DNA from: the human T2T-CHM13v2.0 reference genome, Homo sapiens
Reading direction: 5' to 3' (one strand)
Assembly (NCBI RefSeq): GCF_009914755.1
Contig: NC_060927.1
Length of the DNA stretch: 64,000 bases
Position 1 is the stretch's first letter, and the number at the start of each line of letters is the position of its first letter. Made by a program: the position numbers and the translations under genes. Below are positions 26,795-40,644 of this stretch, piece after piece. Below the pieces are notes generated by a model, which saw only the letters and a program-made list of their open reading frames with translations, ran no database searches and was not told the DNA's origin.

Positions 26795-27530
26795 TGTTAC
26801 AGTTTGGATTCTCTCGAACAGCAGATGCTAAGACAGAGTTTAGATTATAGAATATTTATAAGAGCTGAAATCAACCCAAGTAAAAGGAAAGGGGAGTATC
26901 TTGGTCTATTTTTTGCTGCTGTAACAGAATACCACAAGTTATGTAATTTATAAAGAAAAAAAGTTTATTTGAGGCACAGTCTGGGGGCTGGGAAGTTCAA
27001 GAGCATAGCATCTGGTCAGCACTGGTGAGGGACTTCTTGCTGTGTCAAAACATGGCAGAAAAGCAAGTAAGTGAGCACTCAAGACAGAAAGTGAAATGGG
27101 GCCAAACTTATCCTTTTATCAGGAGCCCACTCCCATAATAACTAAGCTACTCCCATAATAACGGCATTAATCAATTCCTTAGGGCTTCACCCCCAGGAAG
27201 TAATCACCTCTTAAAAGTCCTACCTCTAAATACTCTCACAATGGCAATTAAATTTCAATGTGAGTTTTGGTGTCATTCAAGCTATAGCAGGGAGAAAGCA
27301 AGCTTAAGCAGAGGGAAATGTCAAACTGGGAAGCAGACCTGACAGATCCTTGGCCAACCTGGCAGGGTACTCTGGCTCAGCATTTCTCTGTCTTGGGCCA
27401 GAATGTGTGGGCCTGTACACCACTGTCTTGCTCAGCCATAAGATGCAAGATGCCACAGAAAGGATGTGACCTCAACCAGGTCAGCTCTCTGCAACTGAGG
27501 CCAACCCTAAAAGAGCTGCCAGCTGGAGGT
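26795..27530 (-). mobile_element. LTR40-like ERVL LTR, interrupted by an MST LTR
   Basis: tgttacagtttggattctc...gcagatgctaagacagagtttag; ctctctgcaactgaggcc...cagctggagg. Confidence 0.65.
26897..27289 (-). mobile_element. MSTC/MSTD MaLR solo LTR
   Basis: tgctgctgtaacagaataccaca...cattcaagctatagca; perfect 5-bp TSD GGGAG. Confidence 0.85.
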
Positions 27531-27554
27531 AAAATTATGAATGCATATTGTTAA

Positions 27555-28960
27555 CTATTCCAAGTGACAGTGGCTGTTTCTGATTTCCTTTCTTTATTGA
27601 GCTAGTCAAGATATTATTTGCCAAATAAATGACTACATACCATGTTTTGGAGGCCCTATTTATCTGCAGTAGCAAAGATCACATTCAGCATAATGGCTGC
27701 AATCAGAGCTAATACTTCATTGTGCTAATGGTACTTTTCAGTAGGATTTCTCAACCTCAGCACTACTGACATTTTGGGCCATATAATTCTTTGTCATAGG
27801 TGGCTGTTCTTTATATCATAGGATACTTAGCAGCAACCCTGGATTCAATCCACTAAATGCCAGTAGCATCACTACACATATACACAGTGGTGACAACCAA
27901 AATGACTCCTGATATTGCAAATGACCCCTGGGGTTCAAAATCACCACCAGTTAAGAATCACTGATTTCAAGTTGCCCTTCAGAATTCATCTGGTTTCTGC
28001 AGCACCAGAATGCTCAGTCAGATGAAGATATGTTGGAAATGATTACCCCTGCATCCCTTAAATCTTTAAAGTTATTACTAATGTGTACTGCAGGCTTCCT
28101 GCTTCCAGGATGCAATATTGATTTTGATTAACTATCTTGGTCATTGGGTGGGCAAATTTCAAGGCTTCTACTTGGCTTTCTCCACTATGATTGCTCTTAC
28201 TCCATAGACCACAAAATCCCAATATGGGGGTCACAGAATCTGACAATAGGTCCAACTCAATGACAATTCAGGGGCAAGGGAAGCAACTTCCAGGAGGTCT
28301 ATAGACCCAGTGGATCCTGTAAGAAATATGGTGGCCAGGACTCCATTTATCACCTGCCTGCCATTTGTTCCTACTCTATCCAGGGGAACATGATGACACT
28401 TCATGTCTTTGGCCATCAGTGTCAACTCAGACCCTATGTCCATACATCTTCAAAAAGTATGGAAATTATCCTTACCTCAGTGAACAGCTGCCCAAGTAAG
28501 TGGCCATAAGTACCTCTTAAGGACTGAGGGAGTAATTATCATGTATACCTGTTATGGTATTATAGGATCTTCCCTGCTTTGGACCAGTTCACCTCTTTGG
28601 TCAATGGATTCTGAGTTTGAAACTGGAATGCGGATTGTGACTTTTCAGTGGGGGTCTGCTCTCATTTTCCTGGTCAACAGCTCTTGATTTCTCTTGCTGG
28701 TACAAGCTGAGTAATACCTTTGTTGGATACCTCTTTTGTCCTTAGTACTCACATTACATTAGCTGTCTCAAAACTCTCTGCAAGTCAAGCTGTCATGGCT
28801 AGCACTTCAACTTTGCCAGTCATAATAATAATTGTGCCCCTGGCTTCTGGGGGTCGAGCATCACCACTGACCTCTGTTTTTTGTGTTCCATTATACCCAT
28901 TGCTATTTGGGAGTCAAGTTCTGTAACAGCCTTTCTTATCATCAGTCCTGGCAATCCCTA
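27555..28960 (-). pseudogene. ERVL (class III) internal gag-protease-RT relic
   Basis: ORF 28231-28443 DIGSELTL...VGTNGRQVINGVLA resembles ERVL protease DTGSELTL...VGAYGGQVINGVLA. ORF 28058-28255 KIVNQNQY resembles KIVNQKQY at the RT start. Multiple stops and frameshifts. Confidence 0.85.
27742..27963. mobile_element. MER20 hAT-Charlie MITE
   Basis: tttctcaacctcagcactactgacattttgggcc...gtgacaaccaaaatg...agttaagaatcactg; TSD-like cttttcag / atttcaag. Confidence 0.85.
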
Positions 28961-29254
28961 CAGCTGGGAAGAAAATGCTGTTTTGACAGAGATGTGAGCT
29001 GCACATCTCTGTGTCTACAACATAGGGTTTCATTTTAATCATACTAGATAATGTAATTATTAATTTAAGACGTTTTGCTATCTAAAGTCACCATTGAACT
29101 TTCTATTACCTATGGAAAAACCTGAGTCCAGAATTTTTCCCAGAGTCAGGGAAAATTTCTCCCCAGTGAATATATTTCAAAGACTAGAAGAAAAAAATAA
29201 GGATGCATTTTTATTGCCTCTCGTGAGACATGCTTGTTTAAGCGTCTGTTTACC

Positions 29255-30150
<896 letters not shown>

Positions 30151-30164
30151 TATGGGCCATTATA

Positions 30165-30470
30165 GACCATCCTAAACTAATGCCTTCATATTAAAAATGG
30201 TGAAACCAACACCCGGGGTAGTTAAATAAATTGCTCACACTCACATTGTAAGTTGGTAGCAAATAAGGGGACAGCAGTGTGTAGTTCAGTGCACAGGATT
30301 TAGGGCACAGGCCATGACTTCAGACTAGTTCCTAATCCTCCATTTACTAACACTGTACCCTGGGACAAGTGACAAACCTCTCTGAACCTGTGCTTTCAGT
30401 TAAGATAACAGTATCTCCTTTGGAGGCTTGCTTTGAAAATAAATCGACACAATGAATGTAAAAGCCTAGA
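30165..30470. mobile_element. Two adjacent MIR fragments in opposite orientation
   Basis: Minus copy about 30165-30265 (gttaaataaattgctcacactcaca); plus copy about 30275-30470 (ctgggacaagtgacaaacctctctgaacctg). Confidence 0.6.
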
Positions 30471-31121
30471 AGGCAATTGAGAAGGGGAACTGCCTTTAGC
30501 AGACCCCAGAAAGTGTGGGACAGTTGCCAGTGATCCCAACTGAGCTGAAGTTTAAAGGGCTAGGTCCAAATTAAAGGTGCAGTGGGGCAGAGAATGCAGT
30601 CAGCAGAAACCAAGAGCATCCCCTGGAATGAAGTGGACAAAGGCATGCATAGGCAAGGCAAGACAACGTAAGGTAGGTGGCCATACAGCTGGGAAGGTAC
30701 AGGCCATGCGTCTGGCATACCCATGGAAACCATAGGCAAAAGAGCAGCCACAAGTCTGAGGCCACCAACACCAGCCCTGCCTGAGAGCTCCAAGGATGTG
30801 GGGGTGATGTCAGTAGTTTCCATTTTGGCTCCCCAGGAAAGTTGGCCACAAGGCCTTCCTATGGAATCTCTAGGGAGAATTATTTCTAATTTTTAATATT
30901 TATGGAAATGCAACCTTCTAAAGAAATGTCTCTCACATAACATCAAGTATAGTGTATTCAGTGAATAAGTTTACTTATTTGTAAATTCAGTAAATATTTC
31001 TGGAGCCCCTTCTATGGGAGAGATATGATGTTAAGTACATAGGAACTCAATATCAGTTGCTTGATTAGCATTGCCCTCTAAGAATCTTTGCAGCCAATTG
31101 CACGAAAACAACATTAAGGGC

Positions 31122-31621
31122 TATATTTGTTGTTTATTGCCGCAATAATACTGTGTAACAAGAAACTACCAAACCTCAGTGGCATACAACCATAAACGTA
31201 CATTTTGTTCACAAATGTATGGGTTGGCTGGTGGTTTTGATGATTTGCTCTGGGATCAGCTGGTCTCAAATGAGCTGGCTCATGCATCAGCAGTTAGCTG
31301 ACAGATTGACAGGTCTAGGATGTCCTCAATGGGGGGACTCAGCTCTGTTCCGTGTGGTCTCCATCCTTTAGCAGGCTGGGCTAGGCTCATTCACGTGGTG
31401 AAAGGTCCAAGAGACAGAGCGAAAGTACACAAGGCTCAGGCTCAGTGTTTGCAGTGTTCCGTTGACTAAAGCAAGTCACAAGGTCAGCCCAGCTTCAAAG
31501 AGTCAAGGAGTGGGGAAATAGAATCTACTTCTTGAGAGGAGGTGCAAAGTCACGTGGCAAACAGCAAGGACAGAGAGAGGGGTAGAGAATTTGGCAACAT
31601 TTTTGCAATCAATCTATCACC
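31122..31621 (-). mobile_element. MLT1H/G MaLR solo LTR
   Basis: ctcagtggcatacaac...aaagcaagtcacaaggtcagcccag...ttttgcaatcaatctatcac; TSD AGGGC. Confidence 0.8.
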
Positions 31622-31742
31622 AGGGCTAAATTACTCCTTGGCAGAAGCTACAATGGTGATGACATAGAAAGTAAAGTGGATGTATATCTCATAAGAAGAG
31701 TGAGTATTCCCTTAAAAAGCTGCATGTGTTTTCCACTTAAAG

Positions 31743-32088
31743 CAGGGGTCCCCAACCCCAGGGCTGCAGACTGATACTAGTCCCTGGCCTGTTAGGAACC
31801 AGGCTGCACAGCAGGAAGTGAGCAGGGGTGAGTAAGCATTACCACCTGAGCTCTGCCTCCTGTCAGATCAGCAGTGGCATTAGATTCTCATAGGAGTACA
31901 TACCCTATTGTGAACTGCACATGTGGAGGATCTAGATTGAGTGCACCTTATGAGAATCTAATGCCTGATGATCTGAGGTGGAGCAGTTTCATCCCCAAAA
32001 CCATCCTTCCAATCCTACCTTCCCGTCTGTGGAAAAATTGTCTTCCAAGAAACCAGTTCCTGGTGCCAAAAACGGTGAGGAACCACTG
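31743..32088 (+). mobile_element. MER1B hAT-Charlie MITE
   Basis: caggggtccccaacccc...gaggaaccactg; internal cattagattctcata / tatgagaatctaatg inverted repeat; TSD acttaaag / ctttaaag. Confidence 0.9.
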
Positions 32089-32814
32089 CTTTAAAGGAAT
32101 CCATACCTCCAAACAAAGGTCAGATACAAAGAACTAAGTTGATATATGAAATAATAATCAATGAAAGAAATATAAAAACAGTTGCTGAGGTTTCATGAGC
32201 TAGGACAAATCTAACTTTAGACTTGAAGATCTGAATCAAATTATTCTGTACAGAAAGATAACATTTCTAAAACCCAACTTGTTTGGGTTGGATACAGAGC
32301 AAAATATTGACAGACAAATTAATGAATGTGAATGGCAACATATTTTGGGTAAATATTCTCATTTAGACTGCATGGTTCTAACATTTAAATAGTAATAATC
32401 TTTTAAGGACTATGCCTTCTGGTTCAGAAAATAAAGTCTCTGCTTTTTGATTGAATATCTAAATTATATAATGAGTCTGGAATATCACATCTTATGCAGT
32501 TTTTATGGATGCAAGTGCCTTTTTGTATTGTATGTTTGGTACAAAGACATAGCATTTATTACAGCATGGGAGAATAAAGGTAGAAATCCTTATGAGCATA
32601 AAACAGCATGAGAAATGTAATTTTCACTTCCAGCACACTGAAAGATACATTATAAACACTCTTGAAGATGCTGTCAACCACCTATCCAAGAACCAGGATT
32701 CCAGAGGGATCAATCTATACATTTTAAAAAGTAATTTTTAACTCATTAAATAGTACATTTAAAATTCCTGATAAGCAAGACTTTATATTTTGAGGAACAA
32801 ATTAAAATATATTT

Positions 32815-32903
32815 ATTATTTTTTAATTATAATTTCAACTTCTATTTTAGATTTGGGGGTACATGAGCAGGTTTGTTACATGGGTATATTGCATGATGCT
32901 GAG
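32815..32903 (-). mobile_element. L1PB/old L1PA 3' tip
   Basis: tttcaacttctattttagatttgggggtacatgagcaggtttgttacatggg. Confidence 0.75.
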
Positions 32904-33939
32904 AACCTCTTTTTTTAGAGCAAACAACATGTCATGTAATTTTGCTTGGCTTCTTGCACATTTGTTCAAACTTTGCCCCACTCTCCACTTGTAAGAAATA
33001 AAAATTACGGAATAAACATTATCTAAAAAGAAATGCTTATACAACTCTTTTCAGGAACAACAGTAAACTGTATTACTGACAGAATCAGCAACTTAATTAA
33101 AAGTCTATTAATGCTGGTGTTAATAAACCTGGCATATTTTCAGTTTAGATTGACACTACTCAAACTGATACTTGGTAATATGTCACAAAATCTGGATGAG
33201 AATATTGGCTATATGAATTAAGCTTTGATTACTTGAAAAATCTTAGAGGCTATTACAGATGCTCCATAATCAAATTGTATTTTTTAATAAATATACTCTA
33301 CTTAGGAAGCCAAAATGAAGTAATGGGCTGTGTACTATTTACCTTCTGATTAGAGAAAAGTCACCAATACAAAATTATTCATGACATTAAAGTTTTAAGT
33401 AAACAAACAAATTTATTTTTTTAAGGATGGATATGTGCACTGTTTGGATTTCAAAACTGAATAAGTGGTTTATTACTTTCATTCCTTTTGCAAGTACTTA
33501 CTGAGCTCCTATTATGTGCCCGGAACTTTTGTAGAGGTCAGAGAAATTGTGGAGTAGTAGACAAAGATGTCATGCTCATGTAATTTACATCCTAGAGATT
33601 TTATTATTAAATTTTAATGAGCCTTATTAAAGAATGACTGGAACACTGTAGTAACACGATGGCTTGTTGGAAAGCTATGATGATGATCTAAAATAAAAGT
33701 TTTGACAAAGGTTCAAGTATTTCTAAAGAGTTGTGTCAAATAAACCTGTATGTCAGTTAGCACCTCCTTGCCTCTAATGTCCTCAACCGCTAGCAATTCC
33801 TATGTTCCAGAAGTTCAAAGTACTATATAAAGTTTCTGAGTTGAGAGAGGGAAATGATGGCTTGTATTCTCAGAGCTAGCGCAAGTTTCAGACCCCTGAA
33901 TTCTAGAAGTTTCTTCTCTTCTACTAATTTCACTATATG

Positions 33940-34432
33940 GAACTCAGTCCTGCCTTACTTTCCACAACGATGATGTGCATCATTTCCTAAAACTGCCTGT
34001 TTGCACTGCTCTCAAGGCACACTGTCCTGTTTTCTGTTTCTTAAAGGTGCCAAATGACTTCAACTTCAGGGGCCTTTCACTTGCTGTTCCCTCAGCCTGG
34101 GATGGGATCCTCCCAGATATCTGCTCAGGTTGCGCCCTCACTGCATCTGGATTACCACTGAAATGCCACCTCCTCTGACCCCCCTATCTAAAGTAACACA
34201 CATGCACCCTCCCACTCTCTACCTCAATACCCTGCTTTATTTCTCTTTATAATATTTGATAGTAGCTAACATGCTGTATATTTATTTATCTGTTTACCCT
34301 CTCTTCCCAACTAGAATATAAGCTCCATGAGATCACAGACCTGGACATAGTCACTGCTGTAACCTCAAAGGCTAGAATATGCTGAGAACATAAAATTTGT
34401 TCAATTAATATTTGTCAAGTAAATGAATGAAT
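33940..34432 (+). mobile_element. L2a 3' end
   Basis: gggcctttcacttgctgttccctcagcctgg...ctagaatataagctccatgag...aatgaatgaat. Confidence 0.75.
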
Positions 34433-34984
34433 ACAAAAACAAATGAAAATAAGTTTAACAGACTTTCTTGAAAAGTTCTGGGCTAAGATGAAAGAGGAGC
34501 TCAAACTACACTAAGGTAAATAAACTTAAAGGGAATTCTAAGCATCCACACTCTTAAAAATGTCCTGTGGCCACTCACTTCCCTTTCCCTTTGAGATGCA
34601 AAACAACATACTCCTGCCCTTGTTTTACAGCTGAGTTCCTCCCTTCCTTAGAAGTTCCAGCACCAACTCACACCGAGACTCTCTAAGGGCTCACCTTCTG
34701 CACAGTCACTTCTTCATGTATTTTTCCAAAGACAGTTCATTCCTTTAGAGAAAATTACTAAGATCTACTATTTAAAAGTTAAAAATCTTCTTCACCTCAT
34801 TGCATGATTAATTAAAAGCAATGCAAAATCTAATTTTTGAGTTAAACATTTTTCCAGATAGAAACCATTTGTCTGGTTAAGACATGTATGTCAAAGACTA
34901 TCCTAATTCCATCAAGTGGGACTTTAAACCATATTTACAGCTTGAATTTTTCTGGGGGGAAAAACATATTTAGATGAGTCTAAG

Positions 34985-35365
34985 ATAGTGGGAGCAGTGA
35001 ATAAGACACCAGGGGATAGAACTGCTGAGTGAGAAGTAGCACAGGGAGTTTCCTTGTAATGATAAAAGAGCTCTGTGTCTTGATTGTGGCTGCATGAATC
35101 AATACACAGGATAAAATTACATAGAACCACACACATGCATGCACACGCAGGGAAATGAGTTCATGTAAGAATTGGCAAAGTCTGAATACTACTCAGTTTT
35201 GTATTGTATTTTACCAATGTCAGTTTCCTGATTTTGATATTGTACTATAGTTATGCATGATACTGCTATTGGGAGAAGCTGGGTAATGAGTACCCAGGGA
35301 TCTCTGTATTATTTTTGCAGTTTCCTGTGAGTCGGTATTTGTTTCAAAATAAAAAGTATAAAACA
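34985..35365 (+). mobile_element. L1MC/ME 3' end
   Basis: accaatgtcagtttcctgattttgatattgtactatagttatg...caaaataaaaag. Confidence 0.75.
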
Positions 35366-36134
35366 AAACACAAAACCACAATTGAAGTATCTGTGAAAGA
35401 AGTTTCAAAAAATCTATTTCAGACCTAAATTGTGATTCCAAATATAAATATATGAACTGTCAAAAATTTTACAAATCTTTTGGAAAAACAGGGCACACAA
35501 GGCATGAATGAGAATGAATTGCATATTTTCTTTTCTTACACAACTGTCCAAACTAAAGGCCTTCCTTCACTGAACCTGCGTTTGGTATCACCACATTTCA
35601 GGATGCAGAGAAAAGTGTTAGGCCTGGGAAGGGGTTATTCCCATCAATCTACAGGGGTTGGGAAGCCAATTTGTGGCTCTTAGTGTCCTGCCTATTGGAC
35701 GTTGGTGTCTTCTATTCTTTGGGGCCAGAGTTGACAAATTTTAGAGGATCATTATATTCACGTGCTGATAATATATTAACCAGCTGTAGTGACAATTGCT
35801 GTGATGTAATATAATGTTCTTTGATTATTTTCAAAGCCAAAATTCCCTTTGCCTTATGTGTCTTTAGAAGGATTGGACTTCCCTTAAGAATGCATCTTTC
35901 TTGTATGTCAAGAAAGATCAATATTTTAAAGAAAAGTTCTTAACCATCTTACTAGGAGTATGATGACTACACTAGAACGAAGCCCTAATAAATATCTGAT
36001 CGTATTGTTCAGTGAGATAGAATGCTTCATTTTGTTCATCCTAAATTTGGAATATGTTACCTGTAAACTATAAATGCATCTGGAAGAAGAGAAAGAAATA
36101 GATTAGGATGAGAATAAATTGGAAGAAAGGAGAA

Positions 36135-36330
36135 AAATCCAGACAGTGAAATCCAAATAAGGTCTATATTTTAGTTAACAGTTTATTCAAATATCAATTT
36201 CCTGGTTTACACGACATAATATAGTTATATGGCATCTTTGGGTGAAGCTGGGTGAAGGGTGTATGGAAATTATTTGTGCAAATTCCTGTGAGTCTTAAAC
36301 TATTTCAAAATAAAAAATGATTTAAAAAAT
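36135..36330 (+). mobile_element. L1MC/ME 3' tip
   Basis: gtgaaatccaaataaggtcta...gaagctgggtgaaggg...tatttcaaaataaaaa. Confidence 0.7.
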
Positions 36331-36489
36331 TAGAAAGCAAAGAAGCTAAAAATACAGGGTAACTCCCAACACCCACAAATTAATTTACTGAAAAAAAAAA
36401 AAGCTTCATATACTGCCCTTAGCTACAGATGGCCAGTGACTCCAAAGCAGATTTTACAGTAATAACATCTATTTTCTTTTACTGGCTTC

Positions 36490-36720
36490 TTATTAAGAGC
36501 CAAACACTATGCTAAATGCTTTATACACATTTTATTTAATCTCCACAACAACCCTCTCATAGGATCAGTTAATCTTCCAAAGAGCTATTATTCTCATCTT
36601 CACCGTACCGACAAAGAAACCAAGATTTATACAGGTTCATTTTCCAAAGCCATGTAGCCAATAAGTCATGGGTGTAGGAATTGGAGCCAGTCTCTGTGAC
36701 TTTGAACTTCATGTGCTTTG
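36490..36720 (-). mobile_element. MIR SINE
   Basis: atgctaaatgctttatacaca...tttaatctccacaacaaccct. Confidence 0.65.
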
Positions 36721-36774
36721 TGGCACAAGGGACTTAACTTCTTTCCTTCCTTTCTTTTGCTAAGATTAATTTTG

Positions 36775-37262
36775 CATTATCTTTAATTGGCACATAATAA
36801 TTATACACATTTATGGGATACAGTGTGATATTTCAATACCTGTATACAATGTGTAATGATCAAAATCAGGGTAATTAGTACATTACCTCAAACAATGATC
36901 ACTTTTTGGAGTTGAGAACATTAAAAATCCTCTCTTCTAGCTATTTGAAAATATAAACTAAATAATAACTGTTAATGATAGTTACCCTACTGTGCTGTAG
37001 AAAAATTAGAACTTATTCCTCCTACCTAGCTATAATGTTCTATCCATTAACCAGTCTCTCCCTATCTCCCTCGCTGCATCCTTCCCTATCTCTAGTAATT
37101 ACTATTATATTCTCTATTTGTGTGTGATCAACTTATTCAGCTTCCACATAGGAGTAAGATGTAGTATTTATCTTACCCATGCCTGGCTTATTTTACTTAA
37201 CATAATGTCTTCCATGCTCATCCATGTTGCCACAAATAACAGGATTTCATTCTGTTTTTTTA
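36775..37262 (-). mobile_element. L1MA 3' end
   Basis: cacataataattatacacatttatgggatacagtgtgata...catccatgttgccacaaataacagg. Confidence 0.85.
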
Positions 37263-38159
37263 GTGACCATACTTTCTTGATACCTACCCAGTGGCTTAGA
37301 TAAAGAAAGTAAAATTATTTTGTTTTCCTATGGAGAATATACAGATTTAATCAGACAGGCTCTAGCAAATCCTCATTTCCTTACATAGGCCCAGGGAGGG
37401 AGCAGGCAATGTCCCCTTTGAAGAAAGTGGTCACAGATGGTTCCTTCCTCATAGGTTTCTCTCCTTTGTGTCCTATGGACATAATACACTGCCCATAGCT
37501 CACACGACCATGAATTCATAATGTAACATAGACTACCAACTCTGTTGTTGAGGCTGCTAAGTCTGAAGTTTGGTTGACTCTGATGCACATCAAATTGGGG
37601 TCCTGAGTTCAAACTAAGAGAGTCCAGCTGCTTATGATATGGAATGGTGTGGGAACTCTGCCCAGCTGTAGTGCTCAGTATTAGGTGGTTATTAAGTAAC
37701 TCAATTATATCTTCCTTTGAGGAATTTTGAATACTAAACACACAAAGAGAAACAGACGCAGCAGAGCGAATCAGAAACAGGAAAAAGCAAGTCCTGAGAA
37801 TAGCGTTGTCTTCAGGCAAAAGGTCAATGACCACAAGCTGCTGAGAGAATGGCTAGATTTTTAAAGATACCCCTGAGTCATAAATTGCAATTATTGATGC
37901 TCCAAGGTTCCAAAGGTCTGATTATGTCATTTTTTCTAGTTTTCCTTACTTTTTGTAAATCCTCACCTATTTTGGTTTTATAAATAGGAGTTTCTCTGCA
38001 ATTGGAGAAACAGAGAGAGAAGTTCCTTGCAGTTAAGAAATAGAAATCAAAAGAACATACTTCTATATAAAATTCTTAAATATTTTTCACAACCAAAATA
38101 GTATTGTGTCCAAGATTATAAAATCATACATTTGTTTTCACACAAAGCAACTGTTTTAA

Positions 38160-38830
38160 CTTTTTTTGAAACTATTTCAAACATAAATTATAAGAATAGT
38201 ACAAAGAGATTTTACCTAGACTTACCCATTGTTAACATTTTGCCACACTTGCCTGATCATTCTTGCTTTAACTGTATATATGCATACTGATTTTTCTGAA
38301 CCATTTGAGAATAAATTGCCAATATCATTCCCTATTACCCCTTAATCATCATTATTTATTTCTTAACAGTATTATTTTCACTTAAGCACGATGTAGTTAT
38401 TGTATTTAAAAAATTTAACATTGATACAATATAGATATTAGATAATATAGATATTAGCTATTAGATAATATCTAATCTATAGTAAATATCTCAGTTTCAC
38501 TAACTGTCCCAATATGTCTTTATAGGAAACTTTTCTGGTTCAATATCCAGTCTAAAACCACACACTGCGTTTAGTTGTCCTATTTTTTAGGGCGCCTGTA
38601 ATCTGTAACGGTTTCCCAGCCTTCCCTCTTCTTTCATGATATTGACATTTTTAAGATTACAGACAATTTCTTTCATAGTACACTCTCAACTTTTGGCTTG
38701 TCTGATGTTTTCTCATGATTAGACTCAAGTTTTTTTTGGCAGGAGCACTATATATGCAATTTCCTTCTTCGTGCATCACATAAGAGGCATATGAAGTAAG
38801 CTTGAAAACCACCACTGTTGCAAACTTCAT
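38160..38830 (-). mobile_element. L1MC4/5-type 3' UTR
   Basis: tttttctgaaccatttgag; ttgtctgatgttttctcatgattagactca. Confidence 0.75.
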
Positions 38831-38852
38831 GGTAATATTTGACCCAGACAAG

Positions 38853-39020
38853 AATTATCAGTGGATGCTAAGTTAGTGTGTAAAAATTTGATGAGAAACA
38901 GAATATTTACACAATCTCAAAGTATCTCCTTATAAATACTTACTAATCTTAAAAAAAGAAATAGTAGTTTTGCAACGGAGAAAGATGGTAGATACCACCT
39001 TAGCAAAGTGATCAGAATCA
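38853..39020 (+). mobile_element. L1MC4/5-type segment inverted relative to its neighbour
   Basis: gaattatcagtggatgctaa...tctcaaagtatctcc...accaccttagcaaagtgatca. Confidence 0.7.
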
Positions 39021-39554
39021 TATATTCTTAAAGATAATAACTAAGTACATAGAATATTCCTTGAATATGTTTCTCGTTTTATTTTGTATCATCTACATGG
39101 AAAATTACATACAGAAATGAAAACTAACAAGAAGAGATAGTGAGACAAAATACAGCAGCAAAGAAATAGCACCTTCCTTTCACATAAATCCTAAGTAAAT
39201 GGATCTTATAAGGTGAGATATTTCTACATTAAGTTTCTAGACTAACTAGAAAATAAGTACCCAGAAGTCTGCCTGATAAATTTCAAAACCAGAAAGGGCA
39301 TGCATCTGACTCCTATGTTCTTCATTTGTAATAACACTTGTAGCCCCAGGGATGGGAAGGGGGCTAAGATGTGATATTCAGAAACTACTGGGTTTCTGAG
39401 CAAAGGTACTATGTGGGCCTTAAAGAGAAAAAGGAAAACAAAGACAGCCAGAAGACCTGTAATTAATAGCTGTACCTGCAAAACCAAAAGACTAGAAAAG
39501 AGCATGGAAAGATCTGCTGGTCACATTTCCATTTCAAGCAGAAATAGCATACAG

Positions 39555-40430
39555 CACTGTTCAATAAATACTTACCATCTTTTATGTGCCAAACAATGGG
39601 ATACCCTTGGGAATCCAAACATTTAAAAAATATCAACCCTTTCCCCTAGATTTTACCCTTTAGGAGGGAGAGTGAATTGGAAGCATTTGGCTGGGGGAAA
39701 GCCAATATTATAGGCACTGTGATGAGAAAAGTCGAGAGTCCAAGACTATGAAGTATTCAAAATGCCTTCATAGAGCAGGTAATGGTTGATCTGGCCTATT
39801 GGGGAAATTGATAGCAGTTCAATGTGGCTAAAGAATTACTCTTCTCATGACACTTCTTAGGCAATTATTATGAGGCTTTGTCCTAATCAATTTGCACATG
39901 TTAATCCATGTAACTCATAGCAATTGAGGAGATAGATGCTATTATTATCTCTCCATTTTACAAATGAAAGTGCTAGAGGAGTGGGATGAAGTGTTGTGCT
40001 TAAAGTTTTAATCAAGAGTCAAATTATGGAAAGATACATGTCCTATACTAAAAGGTTTGAAGTTTATCCTACAGTCTGTAGGATAAAATGTATTGTAGAT
40101 TTTTTAGAACAGAAGTGACATGTTTAGATTTGCATTTTAGAAATTTATTCTGGCAGCTGTGTAAATGGTGAATTAGAGTTAGGCAAGACTGGGAAAAAAG
40201 GAGCCAACAAGAAAAGAGAGGAGACAATTACAATAGTCCTATAGAACAAGAAGAGGACATAAACTATGGCAGAAGAAGAGGGCTAGAGAGGATGGTTTGA
40301 TAACAAAAGTTGTATCAGTGGGATTCATGATTGATAGGAATTCCAATAAAGGAATTTACAATTTTTCCCAGGATCTAGTTTAGTCTATTAAATGGTTTCT
40401 AGTGCAACTGATTGAGTCTAAGTTTATTGG
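39555..40430 (-). mobile_element. L2 fragments with an embedded MIR (about 39850-40010)
   Basis: ttcaataaatacttacc; agatttgcattttagaaatttattctggcagctgtg; MIR ctccattttacaaatga. Confidence 0.6.
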
Positions 40431-40644
40431 TCCAGTGCCCACATATGGTCATTAGCTTGGATTAATCTCTCTGGTCACAGACCACACCACTTATCAGACT
40501 TCAATTATAAGGGGCACTGGGTGACACCGGATGTTTCTGGACAAATCACTGCCTCTGATAGGGAGGAACATCCAAAATACATATTAAAATGTAAGCAGGT
40601 CTGTCAGATCAGTAGAATCACCTTATTATATGGAGTGCAGTGCA

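Noticed and set aside
27128-27163. Repeated actcccataataac
   Set aside because: An internal feature of the MST-type LTR, not an independent array.
37373-37834. 153-aa minus-strand ORF
   Set aside because: Non-ATG start, no recognisable domain and no supporting exon structure.
38428-38482. Short (atatagatattag)-type tandem
   Set aside because: Low-complexity slippage inside an L1MC 3' UTR.
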